DNA from: Vulcanimicrobiota bacterium | GTDB lineage: Bacteria; Vulcanimicrobiota; Xenobia; Xenobiales; JADMJV01 | Assembly (NCBI GenBank): GCA_050250895.1 | Contig: JBFWNU010000006.1 | Location: 247,513 to 311,512, forward strand | Length of the DNA stretch: 64,000 nt | Reading direction: 5' to 3' | In this document: in pieces, positions 1 to 8,762 of the stretch | How the letters are laid out: every line of letters starts with the position of its first letter | How positions within the stretch are numbered: position 1 is the stretch's first letter | Made by a program: the position numbers and the translations under genes | Notes under the pieces: model-generated | What the model was told of the DNA's origin: nothing | Seen by the model: only the letters and a program-made list of their open reading frames with translations | The model's database searches: none

Positions 1-1989
1 CACTTTGCCGGGCACTCCCGTCGAGTGGCCGAGACCTCGCTCAAAGTGGCCAGGAAATTAGGCTTTAGCCGGGACCGGCTCGAGGTGCTCGAGCTGGCCG
101 CCTATCTGCATGACATTGGCAGTATCGGCCAAAAGAAAGCCCTGCTCGACAAGACCGCAGAGCTGGTCGAAGAAGAGGTCGGCCAGATTCAAAGCGCGGC
201 CACCGAAAAGTCGAAGTCGCTGTTTTCTAACGTTTCTTCGCTGCGCGAAGTGTTTCGGGTCATTTTGCACCACCATGAATGGTTTGACGGCACTGGTTAT
301 CCGGCGGGCCTCAAAGGCGAAGATATTCCGGTCGAGTCGCGCGTCCTTTGCGTAGCCGAGGCTTTCGACGCCATGACCAGCCAGCGTCCGCACCGTCCGC
401 CTTTGGGGCACGCCGACGCCCGAGCGGTCTTGCAGAAAGAAGCCGGCACTCATTTTGACCCCCACGTGGTCAAGCAGTTCTTGGAAGCCATCCAAGATAC
501 CGGCGACGACGAGAGTGAAGATGTCAAAGAGGTCACCCTGTCGCGCGACCGCCAGGTCGAGCTGATGCTGGGCATCGCCGGCACTTATCTGTCAGCCGGC
601 GATCTCGAGACCGCCGGCAAAGGCTTCTCTGAGGCCGTCGACCTGTTAGGCGAAGAGGGCTCTGGTCGTCTGCGCGCCAGCGCCCTCGAGGGTCTGGCCC
701 TGTCTTTTCTTCACCGCGGCAAGGTTGATGAGGCGCGGGGCCACGCCGAGAAAGCCCTCGAGGCTTCGGTGGGCGAAAGCCAACTGATTCGGGGCCGGGC
801 CAAGTTGGTGCTGGGTCTGGTGCGCGGTCTTCAGGAAGAGTTCGACCAGGGTCTGGCCGACCTCGATGAGGCGGCCGAAAGCTTCGAGATCTGGGAAGCT
901 CATCACGAAAGAGCGACCTGCTCGCTCTATCGCGGGCGGGTGCTCAAGAAGGCCGGCAAGGTCGAGGAATCGCGCGAAGCCGTGCGAGCCGCGGTGCAGC
1001 TCATCGATGACTACGAGTTAATGCAGGTGTTAAAGCAAGAACGCCATCTGGCCGTTCCTCTGTTGCTGAGCCTGGCTGGTCAGCCCGAGGACACTCCCAG
1101 TTGCGACCGCTTGCTGTTGTGGCTGGGCTGGGATGCCGTCTCGCCCTTCATCGCCGAGGTCGAACCGGGGGCCCGCGAGCGGGTGATGGAGCTGCTTTCC
1201 CCTCGCGAAGGCGCCGGCCAGAGTCAGGCTCCACCCCTGTCCCTGTATGGATTCGGCAAGTTTCGCGTCTTTGCCGGCGGCAACGAAGTTCACGACAAGC
1301 TTTGGAAGACCAGAAAATCGAAGTATCTGTTCGCCTATCTGGGTGTGCACTCGGGCCGAGACGTTCCCGACGAAAAGATCATGGATGTCTTCTGGCCTGA
1401 CCACGCTCCTGAAAAGGCGCGCCAGAGCCTTTACGCCGCCCTGTCCCACATGCGCAAAGCCCTCGAGGCTGGCGAAACGGGCGAGAACGAGCGGGTGGTC
1501 CTGGCCCGCAAAGGCTTTTATCGGTTTAACACCGACCGTCCCTGGTTCTTTGATGTGAGCGAGTTCGAGCGACTCTATGACGCCGGTCAAGCGCGCTTTC
1601 GCGACGGCCGCGAAGACGAGGCGATGATCAGCTATCAAAAGGCCGAGTCGCTTTACACCGGCGAGTTCATGGAAGGCTATTACTCCGACTGGGCCCTCTA
1701 TATTCGAGAAGAGCTGCAGATGAAGTATACCGAGATTCTCGAACGGCTCATGATGCACTTCTTCGACAAAGAGCGCTTCGAAGTGGCCTGCGACTACGCC
1801 CAACGCCTGCTCAAGATCGACAACTGTCACCAAGAGGCCCATTATACCTTGATGAAGAGCTTCGTCGAGCAGGGCAAGCCGTCGCAGGCGGCCCGCCAGT
1901 ATCAACAGTGTTCCCAGGTTTTCAAAGACGAACTCAACATGTCGGCCCCGCCCGAGATGACCGAACTCTATCTAGAAATCACGGCCTGA
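1..1989 (+). CDS. HD-GYP phosphodiesterase domain + TPR region + SARP-type wHTH/BTAD (5' partial)
   Basis: Frame open from base 1 (HFAGHSRRVA); HDIG and HHEWFDGTGYP motifs; C-terminal 'LYGFGKFRVF..WKTRKSKYLFAYL..FWPD..ARQSLYAALSHMRKAL' and BTAD-like 'DVSEFE..LYTGEFM..YSDW..CHQEAHYTLM'. Confidence 0.85.
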   Translation, partial: HFAGHSRRVAETSLKVARKLGFSRDRLEVLELAAYLHDIGSIGQKKALLDKTAELVEEEVGQIQSAATEKSKSLFSNVSSLREVFRVILHHHEWFDGTGYPAGLKGEDIPVESRVLCVAEAFDAMTSQRPHRPPLGHADARAVLQKEAGTHFDPHVVKQFLEAIQDTGDDESEDVKEVTLSRDRQVELMLGIAGTYLSAGDLETAGKGFSEAVDLLGEEGSGRLRASALEGLALSFLHRGKVDEARGHAEKALEASVGESQLIRGRAKLVLGLVRGLQEEFDQGLADLDEAAESFEIWEAHHERATCSLYRGRVLKKAGKVEESREAVRAAVQLIDDYELMQVLKQERHLAVPLLLSLAGQPEDTPSCDRLLLWLGWDAVSPFIAEVEPGARERVMELLSPREGAGQSQAPPLSLYGFGKFRVFAGGNEVHDKLWKTRKSKYLFAYLGVHSGRDVPDEKIMDVFWPDHAPEKARQSLYAALSHMRKALEAGETGENERVVLARKGFYRFNTDRPWFFDVSEFERLYDAGQARFRDGREDEAMISYQKAESLYTGEFMEGYYSDWALYIREELQMKYTEILERLMMHFFDKERFEVACDYAQRLLKIDNCHQEAHYTLMKSFVEQGKPSQAARQYQQCSQVFKDELNMSAPPEMTELYLEITA

Positions 1990-1993
1990 GTCG

Positions 1994-2106
1994 CGACAGG
2001 GAGCAGCGGCTGCGCCGCTGAGATTTCGGCCGCTGGCCGACAGGGAGCGCCGACTGCGTCGGCGGGAAGGAGCCGGCGCTCCGCGCGGAGTGAGATGGTT
2101 CCGGCT
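1994..2106. repeat. Cluster of short GC hairpins (REP-like) between convergent genes
   Basis: CGACAGGGAG at 1994 and 2038, each followed by a perfect 7-bp stem with TGC loop (CAGCGGC-TGC-GCCGCTG; CGCCGAC-TGC-GTCGGCG); TCGGCC-GCT-GGCCGA between them; CTCC-GCGC-GGAG nested in AGCCGG..CCGGCT. Confidence 0.7.
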
Positions 2107-2138
2107 GCTAGCGCTTTGCGCGCAGACTCAAGCCGTTC

Positions 2139-2215
2139 CTAACATCCACCATCCACCGACTATCAACTACCGTCTACCGTCTACCGTCTACCGTCTGAAC
2201 TCTACCGTCTAACAC
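2139..2215. repeat. Degenerate heptamer tandem repeat (CTACCGT)n, about 11 units
   Basis: ctaacat ccaccat ccaccga ctatcaa ctaccgt x4 ctgaact ctaccgt ctaacac read directly. Confidence 0.85.
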
Positions 2216-3035
2216 TAACACGGGGCCAGCGCGCAATGAGGCTGTTGAGTTCTTCCAGCGAGCGGGCGGCGATACCTAGATAGTGGTGGCCGGCCGGCGT
2301 GGGGGGCAATTCGTGGTCGTGGGCCTCGTGGGGGCGACCTTCACTGCAGGCCTTGCAGAGCAGACGCAGTGACGTCGTCCAATCTTCGAGATAGATCTCA
2401 TGCTCGGACAAATGAGCAGCCAGGTCGTCGATGGCCCGCTCGTCGGCGGCCTCGACTTCGAGTTCATAGGTTTGGTAGGTCGAGGCTTCCAGCAGTTCCA
2501 GTTCATTGAAGATGGGGACCTCACGGCCCCGATACTGGCGATAGCCGCGGGGTTCGCCGTCATTGAGCAAAAGATCGCCGTAACGCCTTCCCGAGTCAGG
2601 CAAAGGCACGTTAACGATGCGCGCCCGCACGGGGTCCAGCCGGTCGCACCAGACCACCTCGCCACTTTCCTCAGGGTTGATGCGGATCGGCACCAGACCC
2701 AGTTCCAGGTCCCATGGACCCGGCCCGTTGGGCACTTCCAGCCCGATGGCCCGAAAGGCCATGCCGGCTTCCTCCCAGCGACCCAGGGCGACGGCCGCGA
2801 TGGCCATGTTCCAGACGGTGGGGTCGTCGTCGGGGTCGAGGCGATAGGCAGCCAGGTTGGCCTCGAGCGATTCGGCCCAGCGACGGGCGAACTTGTGAGT
2901 TAGCCCCAGATTGTAAAACGGGGTTGGCCAGTCGGGGGCCAGGCTGGTGGCACCGGTAAAAAAGTGGGCGGCCTGATCCAGCTCGCCTTGATGGAGCGCC
3001 TCGCGCCCGGCCTCGTTGAGTTCGTCAGCGGTCAT
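2202..3035 (-). CDS. Tetratricopeptide repeat protein
   Basis: Start MTADELNEAG at 3035 (the longer ORF overlaps the opposite gene); TPR motifs 'PFYNLGLTHK', 'TVWNMAIAA'; C-terminal 'LCKACSEG..H.H'. Confidence 0.75.
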   Translation of the reverse strand: MTADELNEAGREALHQGELDQAAHFFTGATSLAPDWPTPFYNLGLTHKFARRWAESLEANLAAYRLDPDDDPTVWNMAIAAVALGRWEEAGMAFRAIGLEVPNGPGPWDLELGLVPIRINPEESGEVVWCDRLDPVRARIVNVPLPDSGRRYGDLLLNDGEPRGYRQYRGREVPIFNELELLEASTYQTYELEVEAADERAIDDLAAHLSEHEIYLEDWTTSLRLLCKACSEGRPHEAHDHELPPTPAGHHYLGIAARSLEELNSLIARWPRVSVRR

Positions 3036-3107
3036 GCTGGATTCTTGAAGGTGGAAGGTTAACTTTCCTGTAACCGCTGGTCCCGCCACGGTGACCACAA
3101 TACCAGG

Positions 3108-4976
3108 GTGAGTTCTTCGGTCGCTCTCAACGACGCCGTCCGCGCCTACGGCCAGCCCAGCGCCCGCTACCGGCAAGTCTTCAACCAGACAGCCGAAAAG
3201 ATGGGCCATCCTTTCCGTTGGCTCGAAGACGAGCAAAATCCCAATGCCATCGATCCCGGCGAATTGGCCATTGGCGACGGTTTTCGTCCCAGCGAGTTCG
3301 ACGCCGAGTTGCGGAGCAACCTGACCGATGTGCTCAAAGCGGTCGAGACCCACCGCCTGGCGGTGGTAGAGAAAAGCGCCTTGCACCATCGGCGCATCCC
3401 CTTTCGGGCGCCGCTCGAGTCGCTGAGCCCGGTCGAGCGCCGCGCCGTCGAGATGCTGGCTCGGCGGGTGAAGCCTATTCTCAGTCGGCTCGAGGCGCTG
3501 CAGAACGACCCGGCCGCCCGGGAAGAAGAGGCCTGGATGGCTCAGCACGGCGACTTCTATTCGCGCCAGCTTTTTGGTCGTTATCATCGCGACCAGTTGG
3601 CCGGGCCGGCCGCCCACGACCCCACCGCCAGTCTGTTTCCGTTTTTTCCCGATCAGCCCGAGCTCAACGCGATGATCGGGCCCGGTATCAGTCTTGAGGA
3701 TTTTCGTCAGATGGCCGCCGAACTGCCGCGCGGAGCCGACGAGTTGAGACCCACCACGGCTTTGTATCGCAACGCTGAGGGTGGCATCGCCACCCGGGCC
3801 TGGCAGGGCGATCCGGCGGTGGCCGAAGACCACCAGCGGCTGGCCAAAGAGCTTGACCAGGTAGCCCGTCTCGAGGTCGAAGGGCAAGCGCTCGAGCCCG
3901 CCCTGCGCAAGCAGCTGCATGCCTGGGCCAGATTCTTTCGTTATGGCTCGCGCCAGGCCGAACAAGAAGCTGCCCAGGCCACCATCGACGCCGGCGATGC
4001 CCCGGGGCTCTTGCGTCTCCACCTCGGCCCCAGCGAATCCTATTGGCCCGATAACACCAAGTTCCCGTATTTGATGCAGGTGGGCATTCGCGAGCCGGAG
4101 ATGGGCGAACGGATGAAGGCCTGGCAGGGAGCCTTCCTACCGGTCGAGCAGTCGCTATCCGACGTTCCTCACTACCGACCTCGCCAGCTTTCCTTGCGGG
4201 GAGGCTTTGCCGAGCCGATGTTTCAGGCCGTCACGGGAGGTTTCGTCGAAACCTACTCGGGTCGCGAGCCTCGCGGCAATAACTTTCCCAACTACGACTA
4301 CGGAGTGGAAGGCAGCAATCGCTTTATCCTGATGGAAACGCTGCCACCCCTGGTCGAGCAGAGCCGTCAGGTCCTCGATACCGTGCTGGCTCGCCAGGTG
4401 ACCACCCAAGAATTCGATTCGAACGTGGTGCTGTTCGCCTGCGGCCACGAGTCAGGGCATCTGATCGGTCCTCAGCGTGACCACCTGACGCCCCGGGGCA
4501 AACTGGGGGCCGTGTTCGGCTCGCACTGGGCCGAAGCCGAAGAGCCCAAGGCCGATCTGACTGCCCTGGAGATGGTCGACCATCGCTTTCGGAGCGGCGA
4601 GATCGATCGGTCCACCCGAGATGGCATTCTGACCTCGAGCCTGGGTTACATGTTGACGCTCTATCCCGGGCTGGCGGCCTTTGAACAAGAACCGGTGGCC
4701 CCTCACCGCTTTGGCTATGCTCTCGAGTTGGGTTGCTATCTCGCGTCGGGGGCACTGGCCCTGGAGGGCGACCACTTGACCGTGAATTACGACCTGATGG
4801 CCGCCACCTCTCATGAACTCTGGCGTCGCCTGATAGCGTTCCAGGCGGCCGGCCAGGTCGAGGAGTTTCGCGAGTTCGCCCGGGCCAGGATCCGGGCTAT
4901 CCCGGCCGAGGTTGACCGCCTCATCCGCCAAGCTCAGGGCATGGACCCGGACTACTACGTCGAGCGCTATCTCTAG
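3108..4976 (+). CDS. Dipeptidyl-peptidase III (M49)-like zinc metallopeptidase
   Basis: HESGHLIGP zinc motif and EEPKAD second motif typical of M49 with pentapeptide HExxH. Confidence 0.7.
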   Translation: MSSSVALNDAVRAYGQPSARYRQVFNQTAEKMGHPFRWLEDEQNPNAIDPGELAIGDGFRPSEFDAELRSNLTDVLKAVETHRLAVVEKSALHHRRIPFRAPLESLSPVERRAVEMLARRVKPILSRLEALQNDPAAREEEAWMAQHGDFYSRQLFGRYHRDQLAGPAAHDPTASLFPFFPDQPELNAMIGPGISLEDFRQMAAELPRGADELRPTTALYRNAEGGIATRAWQGDPAVAEDHQRLAKELDQVARLEVEGQALEPALRKQLHAWARFFRYGSRQAEQEAAQATIDAGDAPGLLRLHLGPSESYWPDNTKFPYLMQVGIREPEMGERMKAWQGAFLPVEQSLSDVPHYRPRQLSLRGGFAEPMFQAVTGGFVETYSGREPRGNNFPNYDYGVEGSNRFILMETLPPLVEQSRQVLDTVLARQVTTQEFDSNVVLFACGHESGHLIGPQRDHLTPRGKLGAVFGSHWAEAEEPKADLTALEMVDHRFRSGEIDRSTRDGILTSSLGYMLTLYPGLAAFEQEPVAPHRFGYALELGCYLASGALALEGDHLTVNYDLMAATSHELWRRLIAFQAAGQVEEFREFARARIRAIPAEVDRLIRQAQGMDPDYYVERYL

Positions 4977-5073
4977 CCTACAGGGGCTGGAGGGGGAATC
5001 TGCTCCCTCTCGAATCCCTTCCATGGACCAATTGTTATAGGTGCAGTGGTAACGGCATCAAACGATTGGCAGC

Positions 5074-8000
5074 GTGAGGGGCAAAGAAAGTGACGCGGTC
5101 TTGGTGAACACAGCCGAGGGGCTTACCGGCCAGGTTATTGACGGTAAGCTCGAGGTCAAGGAACTGATCGGCGAGGGCGGCATGGGCGCCGTCTATCGCG
5201 TTCGCCATTGGGAGTGGAACGTCGACCTGGCTCTCAAATCGGCCCATCCCCAACTCCTGGCCACTGCGGCCGACCGCGAACGCTGGATCAACGAAGCCCA
5301 CACCTGGGTCGACCTCGGTCTCCATCCCAATATCGTGCCCTGCTGGTTCGTTCGCGAGTTTCGCGGCATTCCCGTGCTGTTGCTCGATTATTTGCCGGGC
5401 GGCAGCCTCAAGGAGCTGATGGAGCAGGGCCGGATCGGCCGTGATGATTGGGACCGCATTCTCGACCTGATGATTCAGGCCTCAGACGGGTTGGGCTATG
5501 CCCATGAGCGCGATCTGGTCCACCGCGACGTCAAGCCGGCCAATATGCTCATCGACAGCAAAGGCAATCTTTGCGTCACCGACTTCGGGTTGGCTAAGGC
5601 CCACCAGGATCGCAGTCCGTCCAACAACGGGGGGGCCCTGCCCGCGCACGATCTGGGTCGTCGTCAGGGGTTGTCGCTGACCGCTACGGGCACCCTGATG
5701 GGCACACCTCACTATGCCGCTCCCGAACAATGGATGAATGGCCACGTAGGCAAGCACGCCGACATCTACGCTCTGGGCGTGCTCTTCTACGAACTGGCCA
5801 CCGGACGGCACCCCTTCGTCGAGCCCGGCGTCGAGGCCGGCCTGGGCGAACTGGTGACCGGCCACCTGCAGACTATCCCAAAGCCTCCCAAAGAACTCAA
5901 TCCTCGCGTTCCCAGCGGTTTTAACGACTTGATTCTCGAATGTCTGGCCAAGGATGCCGGCCAGCGGCCCGAGTCGCTGCGCGTGGTGCGCGAACGATTG
6001 GCCGAGGTCTATCAACAGGTTACCGGCAAGGCCTACGGTCGTCCCATTCCCCAGGCCGCTACCGAGCGGGCCGACGCGCTCAACAACAAAGCCGTCTCGC
6101 TGTGGAGTCTGGGCGAGCGTCAGCAGGCTTTTAGCGCCTGGAGCGAGGCTTCGGCCCTGGATTCTCTTCACCCCGAGACCAACTACAATCGCTCGGTGGC
6201 GCACTGGACGCTGGGTCGGCTATCGCCCCTGGAAGTGGAGCGAAAGCTAGCCCACGTGCGGGCAACTCACCGGCGGGCCGGCGCTTACCTGGGTTATTTT
6301 CGCCTGGCTCGCTGCCAGGCCAGTGGGGCGGTCGAGGAGTTCGAGCGAGCCCTGGAAGACCCGACCCTGGCCAGTGACGGCGCTATTTGGAAGGCGCTGG
6401 GTGACGCCCGCATGAGCCTGTGCGAGTTTGACAAAGCCGAAGAGGCTTACAGCCGGGCCCTGGAGAGGATTCCCGAAGACCGCGATAGCCAGAAGCGTCT
6501 CGAGATGGCCAGGGCCCATCAGCGCGAAGACCTGGGACAGCTAGTCTTTCCTCTGGACCGGCCCAGCCACGAGTTCCATCACTACGGCGGAGAACTCATG
6601 GTCGGGGATAGCGAGGCCGTGGCCCTGGCTGGCGAAGGCCGGTTGGAGAAGTTCGATCTGACCACCGGGCTCAGCCTATGGGCCATCGCCCTCGAGGGGC
6701 CGCTGGGCCGGCTCGAATTGCACGGCGATGTGCTGGCTCACGTGCAAACCAGTAGCGGCTGTCTACTTTGCTGGAAAACCGGGCGCCTCTACGGAGCACT
6801 CAGAGACGGCACCAAGCTTTACGCCATGGTCGACGAGTGGCGCGGTGTCGCCGGTCAGGTATCCCTGAAGGTGATCGATATTCGTTCCGGCGCCTCCCAG
6901 GCCAACCTGCTGGGCCACGAAAAGCAGGTTGGGGCGGCCGCCGTGAGCCGCGACGGCAGTTTTATCGTGAGCGGCAGCTTTGACCGCACGGCCCGCCTGT
7001 GGAAGACCTCGAACGGCCAATGTCTGTCGGTCTTTCGCGGTCACACTCACTTCGTCGATGCGGTGGCCGTCAAGTCCCACGGAGCCCTCACCCTTACCGG
7101 GGGCCGGGACCGCTCGTTGAGATTGTGGCTACCGACCGGCGAGTGCGTGGGCGTGCTGCCAGATCATCCGGCGCCCATCGTGGACATCCGGCTGACCCAT
7201 GATGAACAGTTGGCTCTGGTCAGCTGCCGAGACGAGGGTAGCGAACACTGCGTGGTCTGGGAGTTGACCAATCGCACTCAGGTGTTGTCACGGCCCGGAC
7301 GATTGGTCCACCACAGCGCCGAGCGACTCTGGCTGGCCAACGAGGAGTTGGTCTCTCTTTGGGGTTTGCCGGGTGGCGTCCAACACCGCGAACTGGGACC
7401 CAACCCCCAGGGGGTGCTCTCGGTAGCCGGCGAAGGACGCCTGGCGGTGGCTTCGAGAGACGGCAAAGTGCGCGTCTGGGAGTTGCCCCCCAAGGTGGCC
7501 GCCCCGCCGATGATCATCACCCGCAGTTCGAGCTTCAAAGAGGCCGAGGCGGCCCGGGAACAGTTCACCGGTCACTTCCAGGCGGCCCGCCGCCTGATCG
7601 AGCAGGGCCAGCACCGCAAAGCCCACCAGGAATTGACCCACGCCCGTCAGGTGCCTGGCTATGAGAGCGACCCCGGAGCGCTGACCCTGCAGGCCGAACT
7701 TATGGCGGCTCTCCCACGTACAGCCGTGGATCGCATCTGGGAACGCCAGCGAGTGGAAGAGCCGGGTCGCGTCGGCATTCGAGCCCTATCTCTGAGTGCC
7801 GACGGCTGCCAGGTATTGAGCGTGGCCGGTCGTTCCATCCGGGTTTGGAACATGACCTCCGGCTCGTGCTTGCGGGGACTCAACGGACACCGAGGCGAGG
7901 TGTATTGCGTGGCTGTCTCGGATGATGTCGAGGTGGCCATCTCGGGCGGCTCGGATCGCACCCTGCGAGTTTGGAAGCCGGCCACCGGGCAGTGTCTGAA

Positions 8001-8706
8001 GGTCTATAGTGAAGCCACCGATTCGGTGGTCGGAGTCGCCCTGACGCCAGATGGCAGGCTGGCCGCGGCTTCGGACAAGAGCGGCCGCACGCGAATTTAT
8101 GACCTCGAGGCCGGTACCTGCCGCTGGGTCTTCAAGACTCCCGGCGTCGAATCGCCCAGCCTGAGCCTGGATGGCTCTCGTCTGCTGACTCTGGCCGGTA
8201 AGGGCCAGGTGTGGGACACGGTGGAAGGCAGGCCTCTCGAGCTTTGTCATGTGCCCCGTGGAGACCTGGGGTTGGTGACCTCGGAAGGTCGCTTCGTCCT
8301 CACCGCCGACGCCTCGGGTTCGATTTATCTATGGGACTATCTCGAGAGCGGTATGGTGCTCGAGCTCGAGGGTCACGAGGGACCGGTGGTCGCCCTGGCA
8401 GCCTCGCGCGACGGTTTGACTCTGGCCACGGCCGGTCGCGATCGGACCATCAAGATTTGGGATGTGGCCCAGAAGAAATGTCTGCGCACGATGTCGGTAT
8501 CGACCTTCGAGCCCACCGTGCTGGCCTTGTCTCCCGAGGGTCGGGTGCTGATCGCCGGCGACGCGGCCGGCGGGATTCGCCAGTGGGAGTTCGATTGGAC
8601 TCTGGAAGCCGGGCGCAAGGTCGAACTCGAGCGCCTCTTTCCTCCGCCGGGTCCCATCAAGCGTTTCTTGCGTCGTCTGGGTGGCAACAAAGCGCGGCGT
8701 GCCTGA
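5074..8706 (+). CDS. Ser/Thr protein kinase with TPR and WD40 repeats
   Basis: IGEGGMGAVY, HRDVKPAN, DFG, APE motifs; TPR segment; many GH...WD/W repeats. Confidence 0.9.
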   Translation: MRGKESDAVLVNTAEGLTGQVIDGKLEVKELIGEGGMGAVYRVRHWEWNVDLALKSAHPQLLATAADRERWINEAHTWVDLGLHPNIVPCWFVREFRGIPVLLLDYLPGGSLKELMEQGRIGRDDWDRILDLMIQASDGLGYAHERDLVHRDVKPANMLIDSKGNLCVTDFGLAKAHQDRSPSNNGGALPAHDLGRRQGLSLTATGTLMGTPHYAAPEQWMNGHVGKHADIYALGVLFYELATGRHPFVEPGVEAGLGELVTGHLQTIPKPPKELNPRVPSGFNDLILECLAKDAGQRPESLRVVRERLAEVYQQVTGKAYGRPIPQAATERADALNNKAVSLWSLGERQQAFSAWSEASALDSLHPETNYNRSVAHWTLGRLSPLEVERKLAHVRATHRRAGAYLGYFRLARCQASGAVEEFERALEDPTLASDGAIWKALGDARMSLCEFDKAEEAYSRALERIPEDRDSQKRLEMARAHQREDLGQLVFPLDRPSHEFHHYGGELMVGDSEAVALAGEGRLEKFDLTTGLSLWAIALEGPLGRLELHGDVLAHVQTSSGCLLCWKTGRLYGALRDGTKLYAMVDEWRGVAGQVSLKVIDIRSGASQANLLGHEKQVGAAAVSRDGSFIVSGSFDRTARLWKTSNGQCLSVFRGHTHFVDAVAVKSHGALTLTGGRDRSLRLWLPTGECVGVLPDHPAPIVDIRLTHDEQLALVSCRDEGSEHCVVWELTNRTQVLSRPGRLVHHSAERLWLANEELVSLWGLPGGVQHRELGPNPQGVLSVAGEGRLAVASRDGKVRVWELPPKVAAPPMIITRSSSFKEAEAAREQFTGHFQAARRLIEQGQHRKAHQELTHARQVPGYESDPGALTLQAELMAALPRTAVDRIWERQRVEEPGRVGIRALSLSADGCQVLSVAGRSIRVWNMTSGSCLRGLNGHRGEVYCVAVSDDVEVAISGGSDRTLRVWKPATGQCLKVYSEATDSVVGVALTPDGRLAAASDKSGRTRIYDLEAGTCRWVFKTPGVESPSLSLDGSRLLTLAGKGQVWDTVEGRPLELCHVPRGDLGLVTSEGRFVLTADASGSIYLWDYLESGMVLELEGHEGPVVALAASRDGLTLATAGRDRTIKIWDVAQKKCLRTMSVSTFEPTVLALSPEGRVLIAGDAAGGIRQWEFDWTLEAGRKVELERLFPPPGPIKRFLRRLGGNKARRA

Positions 8707-8762
8707 ATTTTCGACAGGGCTGGACTCGCACGTGTCAAACCTGTGCCACACAGGAGGCTGCT

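Noticed and set aside
1994-2215. CRISPR array
   Set aside because: Only two 10-bp leaders and 7-bp tandem units; no repeat-spacer periodicity and no cas genes
3036-4022. N-terminal 329 aa of the 606-aa ORF 2202..4022
   Set aside because: Overlaps the M49 gene on the opposite strand; the TPR protein plausibly starts at 3035
8211-8762. N-terminal extensions of ORFs 8211.., 13318.., 18557.., 24900.., 27244.. and 25598..
   Set aside because: They overlap upstream genes; downstream starts with RBS or stop-start overlaps fit the family lengths better
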